Positions 29,012 through 37,649 of a stretch of DNA of 64,000 nt are shown here, piece after piece. A model generated the notes under the pieces. It was not told the DNA's origin. It saw nothing but the letters and a program-made list of their open reading frames with translations, and did no database searches. The DNA comes from Candidatus Latescibacterota bacterium (lineage in GTDB: Bacteria > Latescibacterota > UBA2968 > UBA8231). Every line of letters begins with the position of its first letter. The first letter of the stretch is position 1. The stretch covers positions 864,001 to 928,000 of the forward strand of contig CBDFJF010000002.1 in the NCBI GenBank assembly GCA_965248265.1. The letters are read 5' to 3'. The position numbers and the translations under genes were made by a program.

Positions 29012-30745
29012 TCAGCCCGCTTCGGCTTCGCGCACGGTCAGCCTGGATCCTGAGGGCACTGCTGTGAGCCGGCTGACCTTGCCCGAAGGCCAGTAGACGA
29101 CAATCTCGTCTGCCTGTTTGGCGGAGCCGATGCCGAAGGTCATCGTCTTCGCCGACTGCGAACAATACGAGTGCGCGGCCCGCGTCCACGCCGTCTGCAC
29201 ATCGCCGCTCACGTCGACCGTGATGCGAGCCCCGTAACCGTCTGGGTTTGAACCGGCGCCGCCGACCAGGTCCAGGTGAATGGCCTGACGTCCGTCAGCG
29301 CCATCGTTGCGAAACAGCCTGGCCGGTCCGTCCTTGGTGGTTACCAGCACATCGAGGTCGCCGTCGCCATCGAAATCAGCCGTCGCCGCACCACGCGCGA
29401 CGATGGGCTCACTCAACGCCGCACTCTGTGGGGCCACGTCATCGAAGCGTCCGGTACCCAGGTTGCGGAACAGATGCGGGGCCTGCTCGTAGGTGACCCG
29501 TTCCTGCACCTTGTGGATCTCGTCTTCGACATGGCCGTTGGCGACGAAGATGTCCGGGAAGCCGTCGAGGTCGAAGTCGAAGAAGAAGGTCGCGAACGCC
29601 AACGTCAGTAAGGATTGGCGCCCCACGGCTGAGGTCGGTGCCGAATCGATGAAAAAGCCAGCGCCTTCATTGTCATAAATGGCCAGCATCTCGTTGGAAA
29701 AGTTGCCGACCACGAGGCTGGGCTTGCCCGAACGATCGAAGTCGGCGATGTCGACCCCCATGGCGCCGCGGGCGACACCAGCCTCGTCGAAGGCGACGCC
29801 CGCCATCATACCCTGCTCGCTGAAGGTGCCGTCCCGTTCATTGCGAAACAGGAAATTGGGTTGGGTGTCGTTGGCGACGAAGACATCGTCAAAGCCGTCC
29901 CCGTCATAATCGAAACAGACGATCCCCAACGCCTTGCCGGTGGCGTCGAGAATGCCTGCTGATTCCGTCACATCGGCGAAGCCGGCCTCGCCGTCGTTGC
30001 GGAAGAGCCTTGACGTAGCGCCTGGGTAGACCTCGGGAGTGCAGTAAGATTTATTGACGCCATCCAGAGCGCAGAAAATGTCCGTCTCCGGGGTCCATTC
30101 GACGTAGTTGAGGGTGAACAGGTCGAGGTCGCCGTCGCGGTCGAAGTCGAACCAGGACGCCGATGAACCGAAGCCATCGTCGTCGACGCCAAGATCTCCA
30201 GCAACATCGACGAATCTGCCACTGTCGTTGCGATACAGCCGATTGCGCCCCAGAGTAGTGATATAGAGGTCCGGGTCGCCGTCCGCGTCGTAGTCGCCGT
30301 AGGTCACTCCCATGCTGTAAGCAGGATCAGCAAGACCCGCGGCAACGGTGATGTCTACGAAGCGCCCGCCATCGTTTCTGAACAGGGCCATGGACTGGCG
30401 TCTGGAGGTGGTGTGTCCGGAGAAGTCGTTTCCGGAGAGCAACAGGGCGTCGGGATCACCGTCAAGATCGTAGTCGACGAATGCGCACCCGGAGCCCATG
30501 GTCTCGGGCAGCCATTTCTGGCCGAAGGCGCCAGTGTTGTGGACGAAGTCGATGCCGAGTTCCAAAGCCACTTCCGTGAAGACGACGGGCGTCGTCTGAG
30601 CCGGAGCGGGATCCGGCGAGGCGGGTGGCTCTGACTCGCGTAGACCCTCGCCGCATCCGGTTGCGATCAAAGCGGCGAGCAGCACCATGGCACGCCGGAG
30701 CAGCAAGCTGGCGCACCGGTAGTCGTCAAGACCCCGCACGGCCAT
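29012..30745 (-). CDS. CRTAC1-family FG-GAP/VCBS repeat lipoprotein with ASPIC/UnbV domain
   Basis: Lipobox LIATGC; FTEVA..LGIDFVH; repeated D[YF]DxDGDxDL; LFRN; C-terminal GARITV...YCSQS...FGIG...VYWPSG. Confidence 0.9.
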   Translation of the reverse strand: MAVRGLDDYRCASLLLRRAMVLLAALIATGCGEGLRESEPPASPDPAPAQTTPVVFTEVALELGIDFVHNTGAFGQKWLPETMGSGCAFVDYDLDGDPDALLLSGNDFSGHTTSRRQSMALFRNDGGRFVDITVAAGLADPAYSMGVTYGDYDADGDPDLYITTLGRNRLYRNDSGRFVDVAGDLGVDDDGFGSSASWFDFDRDGDLDLFTLNYVEWTPETDIFCALDGVNKSYCTPEVYPGATSRLFRNDGEAGFADVTESAGILDATGKALGIVCFDYDGDGFDDVFVANDTQPNFLFRNERDGTFSEQGMMAGVAFDEAGVARGAMGVDIADFDRSGKPSLVVGNFSNEMLAIYDNEGAGFFIDSAPTSAVGRQSLLTLAFATFFFDFDLDGFPDIFVANGHVEDEIHKVQERVTYEQAPHLFRNLGTGRFDDVAPQSAALSEPIVARGAATADFDGDGDLDVLVTTKDGPARLFRNDGADGRQAIHLDLVGGAGSNPDGYGARITVDVSGDVQTAWTRAAHSYCSQSAKTMTFGIGSAKQADEIVVYWPSGKVSRLTAVPSGSRLTVREAEAG

Positions 30746-33700
30746 CCTCGATATTTCCTTTATAAACCTGTTTGTCATGACTCTGTTTGCCCGACTTGTC
30801 CGGTTCCATTCTCGTCGGTCGTACGGTTTCGGCTTCAACCGGTCCAAGGTAGCGGTCAGCACCTTCACCCGCTTCGATCAACCGTTGTCCACGCTCGATT
30901 ACCCTTCGCGCGTACTCTGCAGCCTGGCCCGGCAAGACCACGTGTGGGTCGCCGTCGCGCCGGCGCAACTCGATCTCTCTGGCGATCATCTGTGGCGACA
31001 CCGAAATCTGCTCGTGGATGCGCTGGCGCATGCGATTGTCGTCGGGATTGTCGCGCAGGTAGGGGCCCAGAATCATCTGTGCATCTTCGTCGGCCTTGAA
31101 GCGCTCGTATAGCCGGCGCTCGGCATCGGCCTTGTCGTTCTCTCCGAGACCCCGATAACACAACATCAGATTGTAATGTGCCATCAAATCCTCGGGGTCG
31201 ATGGAGATGACGTGCTGCAATTCCTCCACCGCGTCGGCGAACCGTCGCTGCAAAAACAGAATGCGACCGATGCCGTTGCGGACGACGCGATCGCGAGGAT
31301 ACTGCTCTGCGGCCCGCCGCATGTGCTCGAGGGCGTTGTCGTACTGGCCCTGTTCCTTGAGGACGACGCCGAGGAAGTAATGTGACTTAGCCAGGTTGGG
31401 ATCGATTGTCAGTGACTGGTCCAACGCCGTCGCGGCCTCTTCGAGTAATCCCTCCCTCAACGCCACCCGGGCACGGTTGACCCAGCCGTCCGCGTACGCC
31501 GGGTCGAGGTCCGTAACCCTGGTGAAGGCACGACGGGCTCCCTGCAGATCACCCTGGCGCAGCAAGCCGATGCCGAAATCGTTCCAGCGTCCACGGTCGA
31601 GCTGCTGGCCCGCGGGCGACGCGTTGGTGGAGGCCGCACCGGAGTCGACGACTCGAAGTTGGAGGGTGTCCAACGCCATGACGACGATCGGCAGGGCCGG
31701 GACCTCGCGCACCTGAGCGGAGACGTCACCGGGCACCGTGCCGAAAACGAATTCACGGTCGTCGTAATCCCGGGTGACCCGATCGATTCCGGGACCAGCC
31801 GCTGCCGGCTCTCCCGGCGCCGGCACTCCTGAGAACGAGAAGTGGGTGTTGAAGTGGGTGAACTTTCGGTAGTTGAGGCGCGCTTCCAGCGTGAGCACGT
31901 CGCCGCAGTCCTCGGGGATGGCCAGCCGGAAATGGGCGACATCGGCGGCTCCAGGCGGGATCAGGTTGATCCACGCCGCCGTGCGCGCGGCGAAGGCGTT
32001 GCGCTTGTCGATCGGGTTGCCGTGGCCGTCGACGAGGCGTGCGGCGTAAAAATGGGCTCCCCCGTCGACCGGGCCGTTGCCTCCGTCCTCGACGACGCCG
32101 GACCAGAACACGGTGCGTCCGTTCTCATCGGTGGCCTTGAGCTCCAGCCAGACATCGTAGGCATCGACGGTACCGCCGGGGAAGAAGTGCCCGACGTTGC
32201 GCGTGCGGACGACGACATCGATGCGGGTTTCGTCCCCACGATGGACTTCGATGTCCGCTACATCCAGAGGTGCCCAAACCGGTGCCAGTTCATGCCGTCG
32301 CCCTCCTCCGCGCCCGACCGGCATGGCTGCTTCTTCTCCCGCGGCGAAGGTACTAGCCAGCTGCGGCGTTTTCCTGCGTCCACCCGCTTCCGATCCAGGT
32401 CTACTGTCGTTGGCGCGTACCGGGCCGGCGGCGAAAATGTCGACGCTGATTTGCTCATGCTGCAAAAACTCGATGGTGCGACGCAGCTGCGTCTCGTCGA
32501 GGTTGGCGCTGGGCACGGCCGTGTTGGCGGCGAGGAATGAATGATCGTGGATGAGCCCATTGATGTTGCCGGGATCGTCTGAGCTGACCGTTGGCATGTG
32601 ACAATCGCCGCAATCAAGCGGCGCCGATGGATAGTAAAAGGAGCGGGCTCCCTGCCCCGATACGCCCGAGGCCTGCCAGTTGTCGTATTCATTGAAGCCA
32701 CGCAACCAGCGGTAGTCATTGACCGGTTCGTCGAGGTGGACCTTGTGGCAGGGAGAACAGAACTCGGCCGTCTGCTCCCGGTGAAACGGTTTGAGGAAAA
32801 CCTGGCGATGCGGTTCCGGGTCGAGACGCAGGGCGTAATCATGAATCCAGCGCAGGGCGGCATTATCGCTGACCGCCAGATCGTGCAGCGGTGGGTACTC
32901 GATGTGAAAGCCGCCGTTGCCCATGGAGCCGATGACCCGGGTGATGGCGTGGCAGGAGTTGCAGCCAATACCGGTATGGGCTTCCTGCGTTTCCAAGAAA
33001 GCCTCTACGGGCTCGTCCATCATGCCGTTGAAGAGGACGGCGTGGTCGTGACAGCCAGCGCACCACTTGGAAGCCTGGACTGCACCGATGTTCTGCATGT
33101 ACTCGATGCTCTTGCGATACCATTGATTGTTGAACGACGAGAAATGGTGAGCTGAGCCCTGCCACTGCTCATAGATGTCGCTGTGGCAACGGCTGCACGA
33201 CTTTGAGGTCATGAAGAAGTCGGAGGGAATGCGGCCGCCCGTGGAGGTAGCCGCCGAGGACGGAAAAAACGGTCCATCGGCGCCTCCCATCGATTCATCC
33301 GTCATCGCGAACGGCGGTTGCGCCGGGTTGAGGATCAGGTCATCACCCGGTCCGGTGACAACCCCCGAACTGACTATTAGAAGTACGACGATAGCAGATG
33401 CAACTACACCGAGGCTACTGATGCGCAGAGCCCAGTCGGCAATCGCGTAGGATGAGCGAGCGGACACCAGGGCGGACAATGCGAACAACACCGCCAGACA
33501 GGCCAGGCCGATATGCAGATGAAGAATCCAACTCGTGGCGCGGGTATTGTGCAGTTCGACGAGGACGAGGGCGGCGACCACGGAGGCAACGAACAGTACC
33601 AGGGCGATCCTGCCCAAGGTCCTGGTGATGCCCTCGACAGCTCGAAGCCCTCGCCGCGCCAGCCAGGCGAACATGATCGCCAGGACCAGGCCTCCGAAGT

Positions 33701-33833
33701 GGTGTGCGAAGACACCGGTCACGTAAAAGGCGTCGGGGGATGAGACGACGCCCAGGTAAGCACTGTGGACGAGGTACAGCGCTCCTGCTATGATGAGGAG
33801 TGATCGGTACCTACCTTGCCCTTGCAGCTTCAT
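30726..33833 (-). CDS. Membrane-anchored multiheme cytochrome c with C-terminal TPR repeats
   Basis: About 5 N-terminal TM helices; five CxxCH motifs (CSRCH, CAGCH, CNSCH, CSPCH, CGDCH); TPRs from RWNDFGIGLLRQG; start overlaps the stop of the upstream reductase (ATGA). Confidence 0.88.
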   Translation of the reverse strand: MKLQGQGRYRSLLIIAGALYLVHSAYLGVVSSPDAFYVTGVFAHHFGGLVLAIMFAWLARRGLRAVEGITRTLGRIALVLFVASVVAALVLVELHNTRATSWILHLHIGLACLAVLFALSALVSARSSYAIADWALRISSLGVVASAIVVLLIVSSGVVTGPGDDLILNPAQPPFAMTDESMGGADGPFFPSSAATSTGGRIPSDFFMTSKSCSRCHSDIYEQWQGSAHHFSSFNNQWYRKSIEYMQNIGAVQASKWCAGCHDHAVLFNGMMDEPVEAFLETQEAHTGIGCNSCHAITRVIGSMGNGGFHIEYPPLHDLAVSDNAALRWIHDYALRLDPEPHRQVFLKPFHREQTAEFCSPCHKVHLDEPVNDYRWLRGFNEYDNWQASGVSGQGARSFYYPSAPLDCGDCHMPTVSSDDPGNINGLIHDHSFLAANTAVPSANLDETQLRRTIEFLQHEQISVDIFAAGPVRANDSRPGSEAGGRRKTPQLASTFAAGEEAAMPVGRGGGRRHELAPVWAPLDVADIEVHRGDETRIDVVVRTRNVGHFFPGGTVDAYDVWLELKATDENGRTVFWSGVVEDGGNGPVDGGAHFYAARLVDGHGNPIDKRNAFAARTAAWINLIPPGAADVAHFRLAIPEDCGDVLTLEARLNYRKFTHFNTHFSFSGVPAPGEPAAAGPGIDRVTRDYDDREFVFGTVPGDVSAQVREVPALPIVVMALDTLQLRVVDSGAASTNASPAGQQLDRGRWNDFGIGLLRQGDLQGARRAFTRVTDLDPAYADGWVNRARVALREGLLEEAATALDQSLTIDPNLAKSHYFLGVVLKEQGQYDNALEHMRRAAEQYPRDRVVRNGIGRILFLQRRFADAVEELQHVISIDPEDLMAHYNLMLCYRGLGENDKADAERRLYERFKADEDAQMILGPYLRDNPDDNRMRQRIHEQISVSPQMIAREIELRRRDGDPHVVLPGQAAEYARRVIERGQRLIEAGEGADRYLGPVEAETVRPTRMEPDKSGKQSHDKQVYKGNIEDGRAGS

Positions 33834-35233
33834 ATCCCAACGCCAGCCTGGCGGGCCAGTGCCCGCATCACCCCGGCCTGTTTCTCGGACATCTCCATCA
33901 GCCAGCTGCTCGTCCACTCCGGATCGTCAACGGCGTTGCGCCAGCGGTCCATCGACCATCTCATCGCCTCGCCGTCAAGATTGCGCATCCAGCTGGAAGG
34001 GTCGCTGAGCAGGGGCTTCAAGAAGAAACCAGGATCCAGTCCGATGCGAGCCGGCAGAATCCCTGTGAGCATGCCTCCGGCCTGCAGGGCAAAGGAGCGA
34101 TCGCGGCTCGCGGTCTGGCTCATCGTCTTCATCGACGACAACCAGACATCGACGAGATCCCTGTTGCGGGAGGCTGTGAGCATGAGGTTGGACAAACCAT
34201 GGTCCAGGTCGTACTCCTGACGCCACTGCTGTTCGTACTCGGAGAGAAAAGCGGCACTGAAGTCTTCGGCCGAAAAGGCTTCCACGATACGCACGGAGGC
34301 CATTTTCGCCGTCTCCATGGCGACGGGAATTCCCTCTCCGTTCAGCGGGTCGGCGAAACAACCTGCATCGCCGATGAGCAGTCCTCTGTCGAAATAGCTG
34401 GCGCTGGCCCCACCATAGACGCCGATGCTCCAGCCTTTAGGTGTGTCGATGGTGGCTCCGGTGAAATCACGGTCAGCCGCCATGCGCAGGAGAAAATCTC
34501 GAGCCTCTTCGAAAAATCGAGGAAGGCTGAGCCGGTATTTCTTGATGGTTTCCGACATCATGCCGACGCCGAAGTTGATGCGCCCGTCCTTGATCGGTAC
34601 TGCCCAGGCGAATCCGGGGAAGTAGTCTCGGGTGTAGTAGAGGATGGCCTCGCGCAGCGGGAAGTCGTAACCATACCCTCTCATGACCGCACTGATATGT
34701 CGATCGTCACGCGTAATGCCGGCCGATTTCGCTACTACAGATTGCGCGCCGTCGGCGCCGACGATGAAACGGCTCTTGAGGGTGCGCACTTCCCCATCTG
34801 CGGTTTGCGCGTCGATGACGACGCCGTCGGTGGCAGTCGCGAACCCCGTCACGCGGCAATCCTGCAGGCTGTCGACTCCCAGCTCCAGAGCGTGCTCGAA
34901 CAGGAGGTTGTCGAGAATGTAGCGGGGAACGGCATACGAGTGATCGACATAACCGGGCACCGCCGGCAGGTAGCCATCGGAGAGGGGCTCTCCATCGAGG
35001 AAGGTTGCACACTTGCGGATCTTGAAATAACAAGAGTTCTCGAGTGGGGCCAGGCAATCGAGGTCGTCGAGGTGCCGCAGTGCTCTCGGGCTGAGGATAT
35101 CGCCGCAGGCCTTGTCACGCGGGAATCGCTGCTTGTCGACGAGGAGCGTCTCGAGTCCGGAATCGGCCAGATAAGCAGCCAGGGAGCTGCCCGCCGGTCC
35201 GGCGCCGACGATGACAACGTCGAAGGTTTTCAT
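33830..35233 (-). CDS. Geranylgeranyl-reductase-family FAD-dependent oxidoreductase
   Basis: DVVIVGAGPAGS, FPRDKACGD, IVGADGAQS, LIGDAG..DPLNGEGI. Confidence 0.88.
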   Translation of the reverse strand: MKTFDVVIVGAGPAGSSLAAYLADSGLETLLVDKQRFPRDKACGDILSPRALRHLDDLDCLAPLENSCYFKIRKCATFLDGEPLSDGYLPAVPGYVDHSYAVPRYILDNLLFEHALELGVDSLQDCRVTGFATATDGVVIDAQTADGEVRTLKSRFIVGADGAQSVVAKSAGITRDDRHISAVMRGYGYDFPLREAILYYTRDYFPGFAWAVPIKDGRINFGVGMMSETIKKYRLSLPRFFEEARDFLLRMAADRDFTGATIDTPKGWSIGVYGGASASYFDRGLLIGDAGCFADPLNGEGIPVAMETAKMASVRIVEAFSAEDFSAAFLSEYEQQWRQEYDLDHGLSNLMLTASRNRDLVDVWLSSMKTMSQTASRDRSFALQAGGMLTGILPARIGLDPGFFLKPLLSDPSSWMRNLDGEAMRWSMDRWRNAVDDPEWTSSWLMEMSEKQAGVMRALARQAGVGI

Positions 35234-35411
35234 GAATCGGTCCTCTGTTATTGACCCGGCACACCCGAGAGATGGTGTAACAATGTATTTGTTTTGAAGT
35301 TGCAGCGGAAGTGTGTATATTGCGCAACGCTTCGAAGAACACTAGAAAATCGACACCATGCGGGAGCCTTGCTGGCGTCATCGAATCCATCCACAGTTGC
35401 GAGACAGAGCC

Positions 35412-35819
35412 ATGGCAAAAAAGAAAACGAGCAGTGAGTTGGTTGACAATCTCGCTGACATATGGGTCGAGATGTTTTCAGCGAGCATCAAAGCACCGAT
35501 GAGTCTCTTGGCAACCCAGATTGAGCTCGGAACGACCCTCGTAGACACCTTGTCGACGACAACTCAGAAAGCGGTTCAGAGTTACGTGCGTTCGGTGGAG
35601 AAGCTGACTGACGCGCTGGAGGGCAAGAAATCGGCCAAGAAGGAAGTGACCAAGAAGGAAGCGACCAAGAAGGAAGCGACCAAGAAGAAGGCACCCAAGA
35701 AGAAGGCACCCAAGAAGAAGGCACCCAAGAAGAAGGCACCCAAGAAGAAGGCACCCAAGAAGAAGGCACCCAAGAAGAAGGCACCCAAGAAGAAGGCACC
35801 GAAGAAGAAGAGCAAATAG
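35412..35819 (+). CDS. Small protein with amphipathic N-terminal helices and a histone-H1-like KKKAP tail (phasin PhaF-like architecture)
   Basis: MAKKKTSSELVDNLADIW...; C-terminal KKEVT, 2xKKEAT, 8xKKKAP. Confidence 0.7.
   Translation: MAKKKTSSELVDNLADIWVEMFSASIKAPMSLLATQIELGTTLVDTLSTTTQKAVQSYVRSVEKLTDALEGKKSAKKEVTKKEATKKEATKKKAPKKKAPKKKAPKKKAPKKKAPKKKAPKKKAPKKKAPKKKSK
35637..35810 (+). repeat. 15-bp coding tandem repeat (AAGAAGAAGGCACCC x8 plus 3 variant units)
   Basis: Directly visible; units at 35637, 35652, 35667 and 35682-35801. Confidence 0.97.
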
Positions 35820-35856
35820 CACCAATGAAGAAAGCAGTTCCTAAAAGGAAGTCTCG

Positions 35857-36618
35857 ATGAGTTCAGAAGACAGGATGCGACGGGAAGATCCCGAACGAGA
35901 TGCCCCTCGGCGAAGCTGGTTCGAAGGTTTTGACCGGCAACAGCCACCCTCCAACGGCCAGAGCGAAGCTGGAGGAACTGCCAACTCAGCCGCTGGCTGG
36001 CAAAATGCGGTGGAGCAGAGCGTGCGGATGGGGTACGAGGTCATCGACGCTCAAATCAAGGAAGGGCGTCGAGTGGCTGAGCAGTTGAGCGGACAGATGT
36101 CCTCCGGGGGGGGCGCCTACGGCTCCGACAGTATACGCGGCATGACTGACGGGTTCTTTCGCAGTTTCGCCGACCTGACGACACGTTGGCTCGAGGTCAT
36201 GTCCGCGTCGACTACCGGTATGGCCGGCCCCGGCAGCAACGCCTCTGCCAACCACGGAAGCGAGCAGCCATCGCAAAATGGCGTAGCGTCGGCCTCGTCA
36301 TCGAGTTCGGTGCCCGTGGCCATCGAAGTCGATTCCAAACGACCGACAACGGTCACCCTCGACTTGAGACCCGGTTCACAAGCGCGGGCGCTTGGTAACC
36401 AGCCGCTGTCGGATCCGGATCCCGACAAGCCACCTCTGCGCGATGTTCTATTCGAGCCCCCGGGAGATGACTCGCCCCTGACAATCAAGATTCGAGTGCC
36501 AGAGTCCCATCCTGCCGGGGTCTTCTCAGCCGTCGTCTTCGAGCGCGAGGGGGGGCAGCCTCAGGGCACCCTGAGCGTCGCCATCACCGATCCGCCTCCT
36601 TCCGAGAATTCTGCATGA
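35857..36618 (+). CDS. Hypothetical protein (helical N-region plus C-terminal beta domain)
   Basis: AVEQSVRMGYEVIDAQIKEGRRVAEQL helix; IRVPESHPAGVFSAVV...GTLSV beta domain; ATGA overlap with polyprenyl synthase. Confidence 0.75.
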   Translation: MSSEDRMRREDPERDAPRRSWFEGFDRQQPPSNGQSEAGGTANSAAGWQNAVEQSVRMGYEVIDAQIKEGRRVAEQLSGQMSSGGGAYGSDSIRGMTDGFFRSFADLTTRWLEVMSASTTGMAGPGSNASANHGSEQPSQNGVASASSSSSVPVAIEVDSKRPTTVTLDLRPGSQARALGNQPLSDPDPDKPPLRDVLFEPPGDDSPLTIKIRVPESHPAGVFSAVVFEREGGQPQGTLSVAITDPPPSENSA

Positions 36619-37649
36619 CGACGGTCGAAGCGCCCCTGGTCGCCGAAGTTCTCGAGGAGTACGGCGAGGCAACGCGGGCTGCGCTGATCGACTACCTGCC
36701 CCGCAAAGAGCCCCGGCGTCACCTGTATGACCTGCTGCCCGAATATCCACACCGGGGTGGCAAGATGCTGCGACCCAGCCTCTGCATCGCCACTGCCCGC
36801 GCGTTCGGCGCACGCCTCGACGAGGCCCTGCGTTCGGCCGTGGCCATAGAGTTGCTGCACAACGCCATCCTGATACACGACGACATCGAGGACCAGAGCG
36901 AGGAGCGGCGCGGCAAGCCCACTATGCACATGCTGAGCGGCGTGCCTCTTGCCATCAATGTCGGAGACAGCCTGGCGCTCATGAGCCTGCGACCATTGAT
37001 GGACAACCAGAATGAGCTTGGCCCCTGGCTGTCTATTCAGATTCTGGAGGAAACGGAACGGGTCGCGCGGGAATCGGCGGAAGGCCAGGCCATGGAACTG
37101 GGCTGGCGCCGGGACAACTCCATGATGGTCAGTGACGAAGACTACCTGGAGATGATCCTGAAAAAGACCTGCTGGCTGATGGCGATCTATCCCAGTCGTG
37201 TCGGGGCCCTTATCGGCACGCGCGGCAACACTGATCTGGATGCCTTCATTCGGTTCGGATTCTTCGTAGGAGCAGCCTTCCAGATTCAAGACGATCTGTT
37301 GAATCTTGTAGGGGGGGAAAGCTACGGCAAAGAGCTCGACGGTGACTTGTATGAGGGCAAACGTACGCTGATGATGATCCGCCTCTTCAACGAGATGGAT
37401 GCGGACGAGGGCGCGCGTCTTGCCGCGATCCTGGAGCCGAGCAGGAATCAGCGGACCGAAGAGGAAGTCGGCTGGATACGAGATCGCATGGAGGTTTACG
37501 GCTGCATCGAACACGCTCGCCAGGTAGGCTATGGCCTGGCAGGGGCGGCACTGCACGAGTTCGAGCTGCTATACGGAGAGTTGCCTGACTCTCGCGACAA
37601 GCGTTTCATCGAAGAGCTGGTAACCTGGATGATCGAGAGGCCGTTTTGA
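36615..37649 (+). CDS. Polyprenyl diphosphate synthase family protein
   Basis: GGKMLRP, ELLHNAILIHDDIED..RRG.PT, GQ..EL, KKT, FQIQDDLLN, DLYEGKRT. Confidence 0.92.
   Translation: MTTVEAPLVAEVLEEYGEATRAALIDYLPRKEPRRHLYDLLPEYPHRGGKMLRPSLCIATARAFGARLDEALRSAVAIELLHNAILIHDDIEDQSEERRGKPTMHMLSGVPLAINVGDSLALMSLRPLMDNQNELGPWLSIQILEETERVARESAEGQAMELGWRRDNSMMVSDEDYLEMILKKTCWLMAIYPSRVGALIGTRGNTDLDAFIRFGFFVGAAFQIQDDLLNLVGGESYGKELDGDLYEGKRTLMMIRLFNEMDADEGARLAAILEPSRNQRTEEEVGWIRDRMEVYGCIEHARQVGYGLAGAALHEFELLYGELPDSRDKRFIEELVTWMIERPF

Noticed and set aside
33800-35254. 484-aa plus-strand ORF
   Set aside because: Antisense to the well-supported FAD reductase; no motifs; typical high-GC shadow ORF, like most short ORFs in the track
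35294-35321. sigma70 promoter TTGAAG-N16-TATATT for the isoprenoid operon
   Set aside because: Plausible but weak spacing and match; not supportable without TSS data
35637-35810. Short direct repeats as a CRISPR array
   Set aside because: Contiguous 15-bp units with no spacers, in frame within a Lys-rich ORF; no cas genes
35478-35947. Minus-strand repetitive ORFs (LLLGC, VPSSW, FFLGA)
   Set aside because: Antisense shadows of the KKKAP repeat
35857-37649. Encapsulin shell gene beside the polyprenyl synthase
   Set aside because: No ORF here shows HK97-fold encapsulin length or motifs
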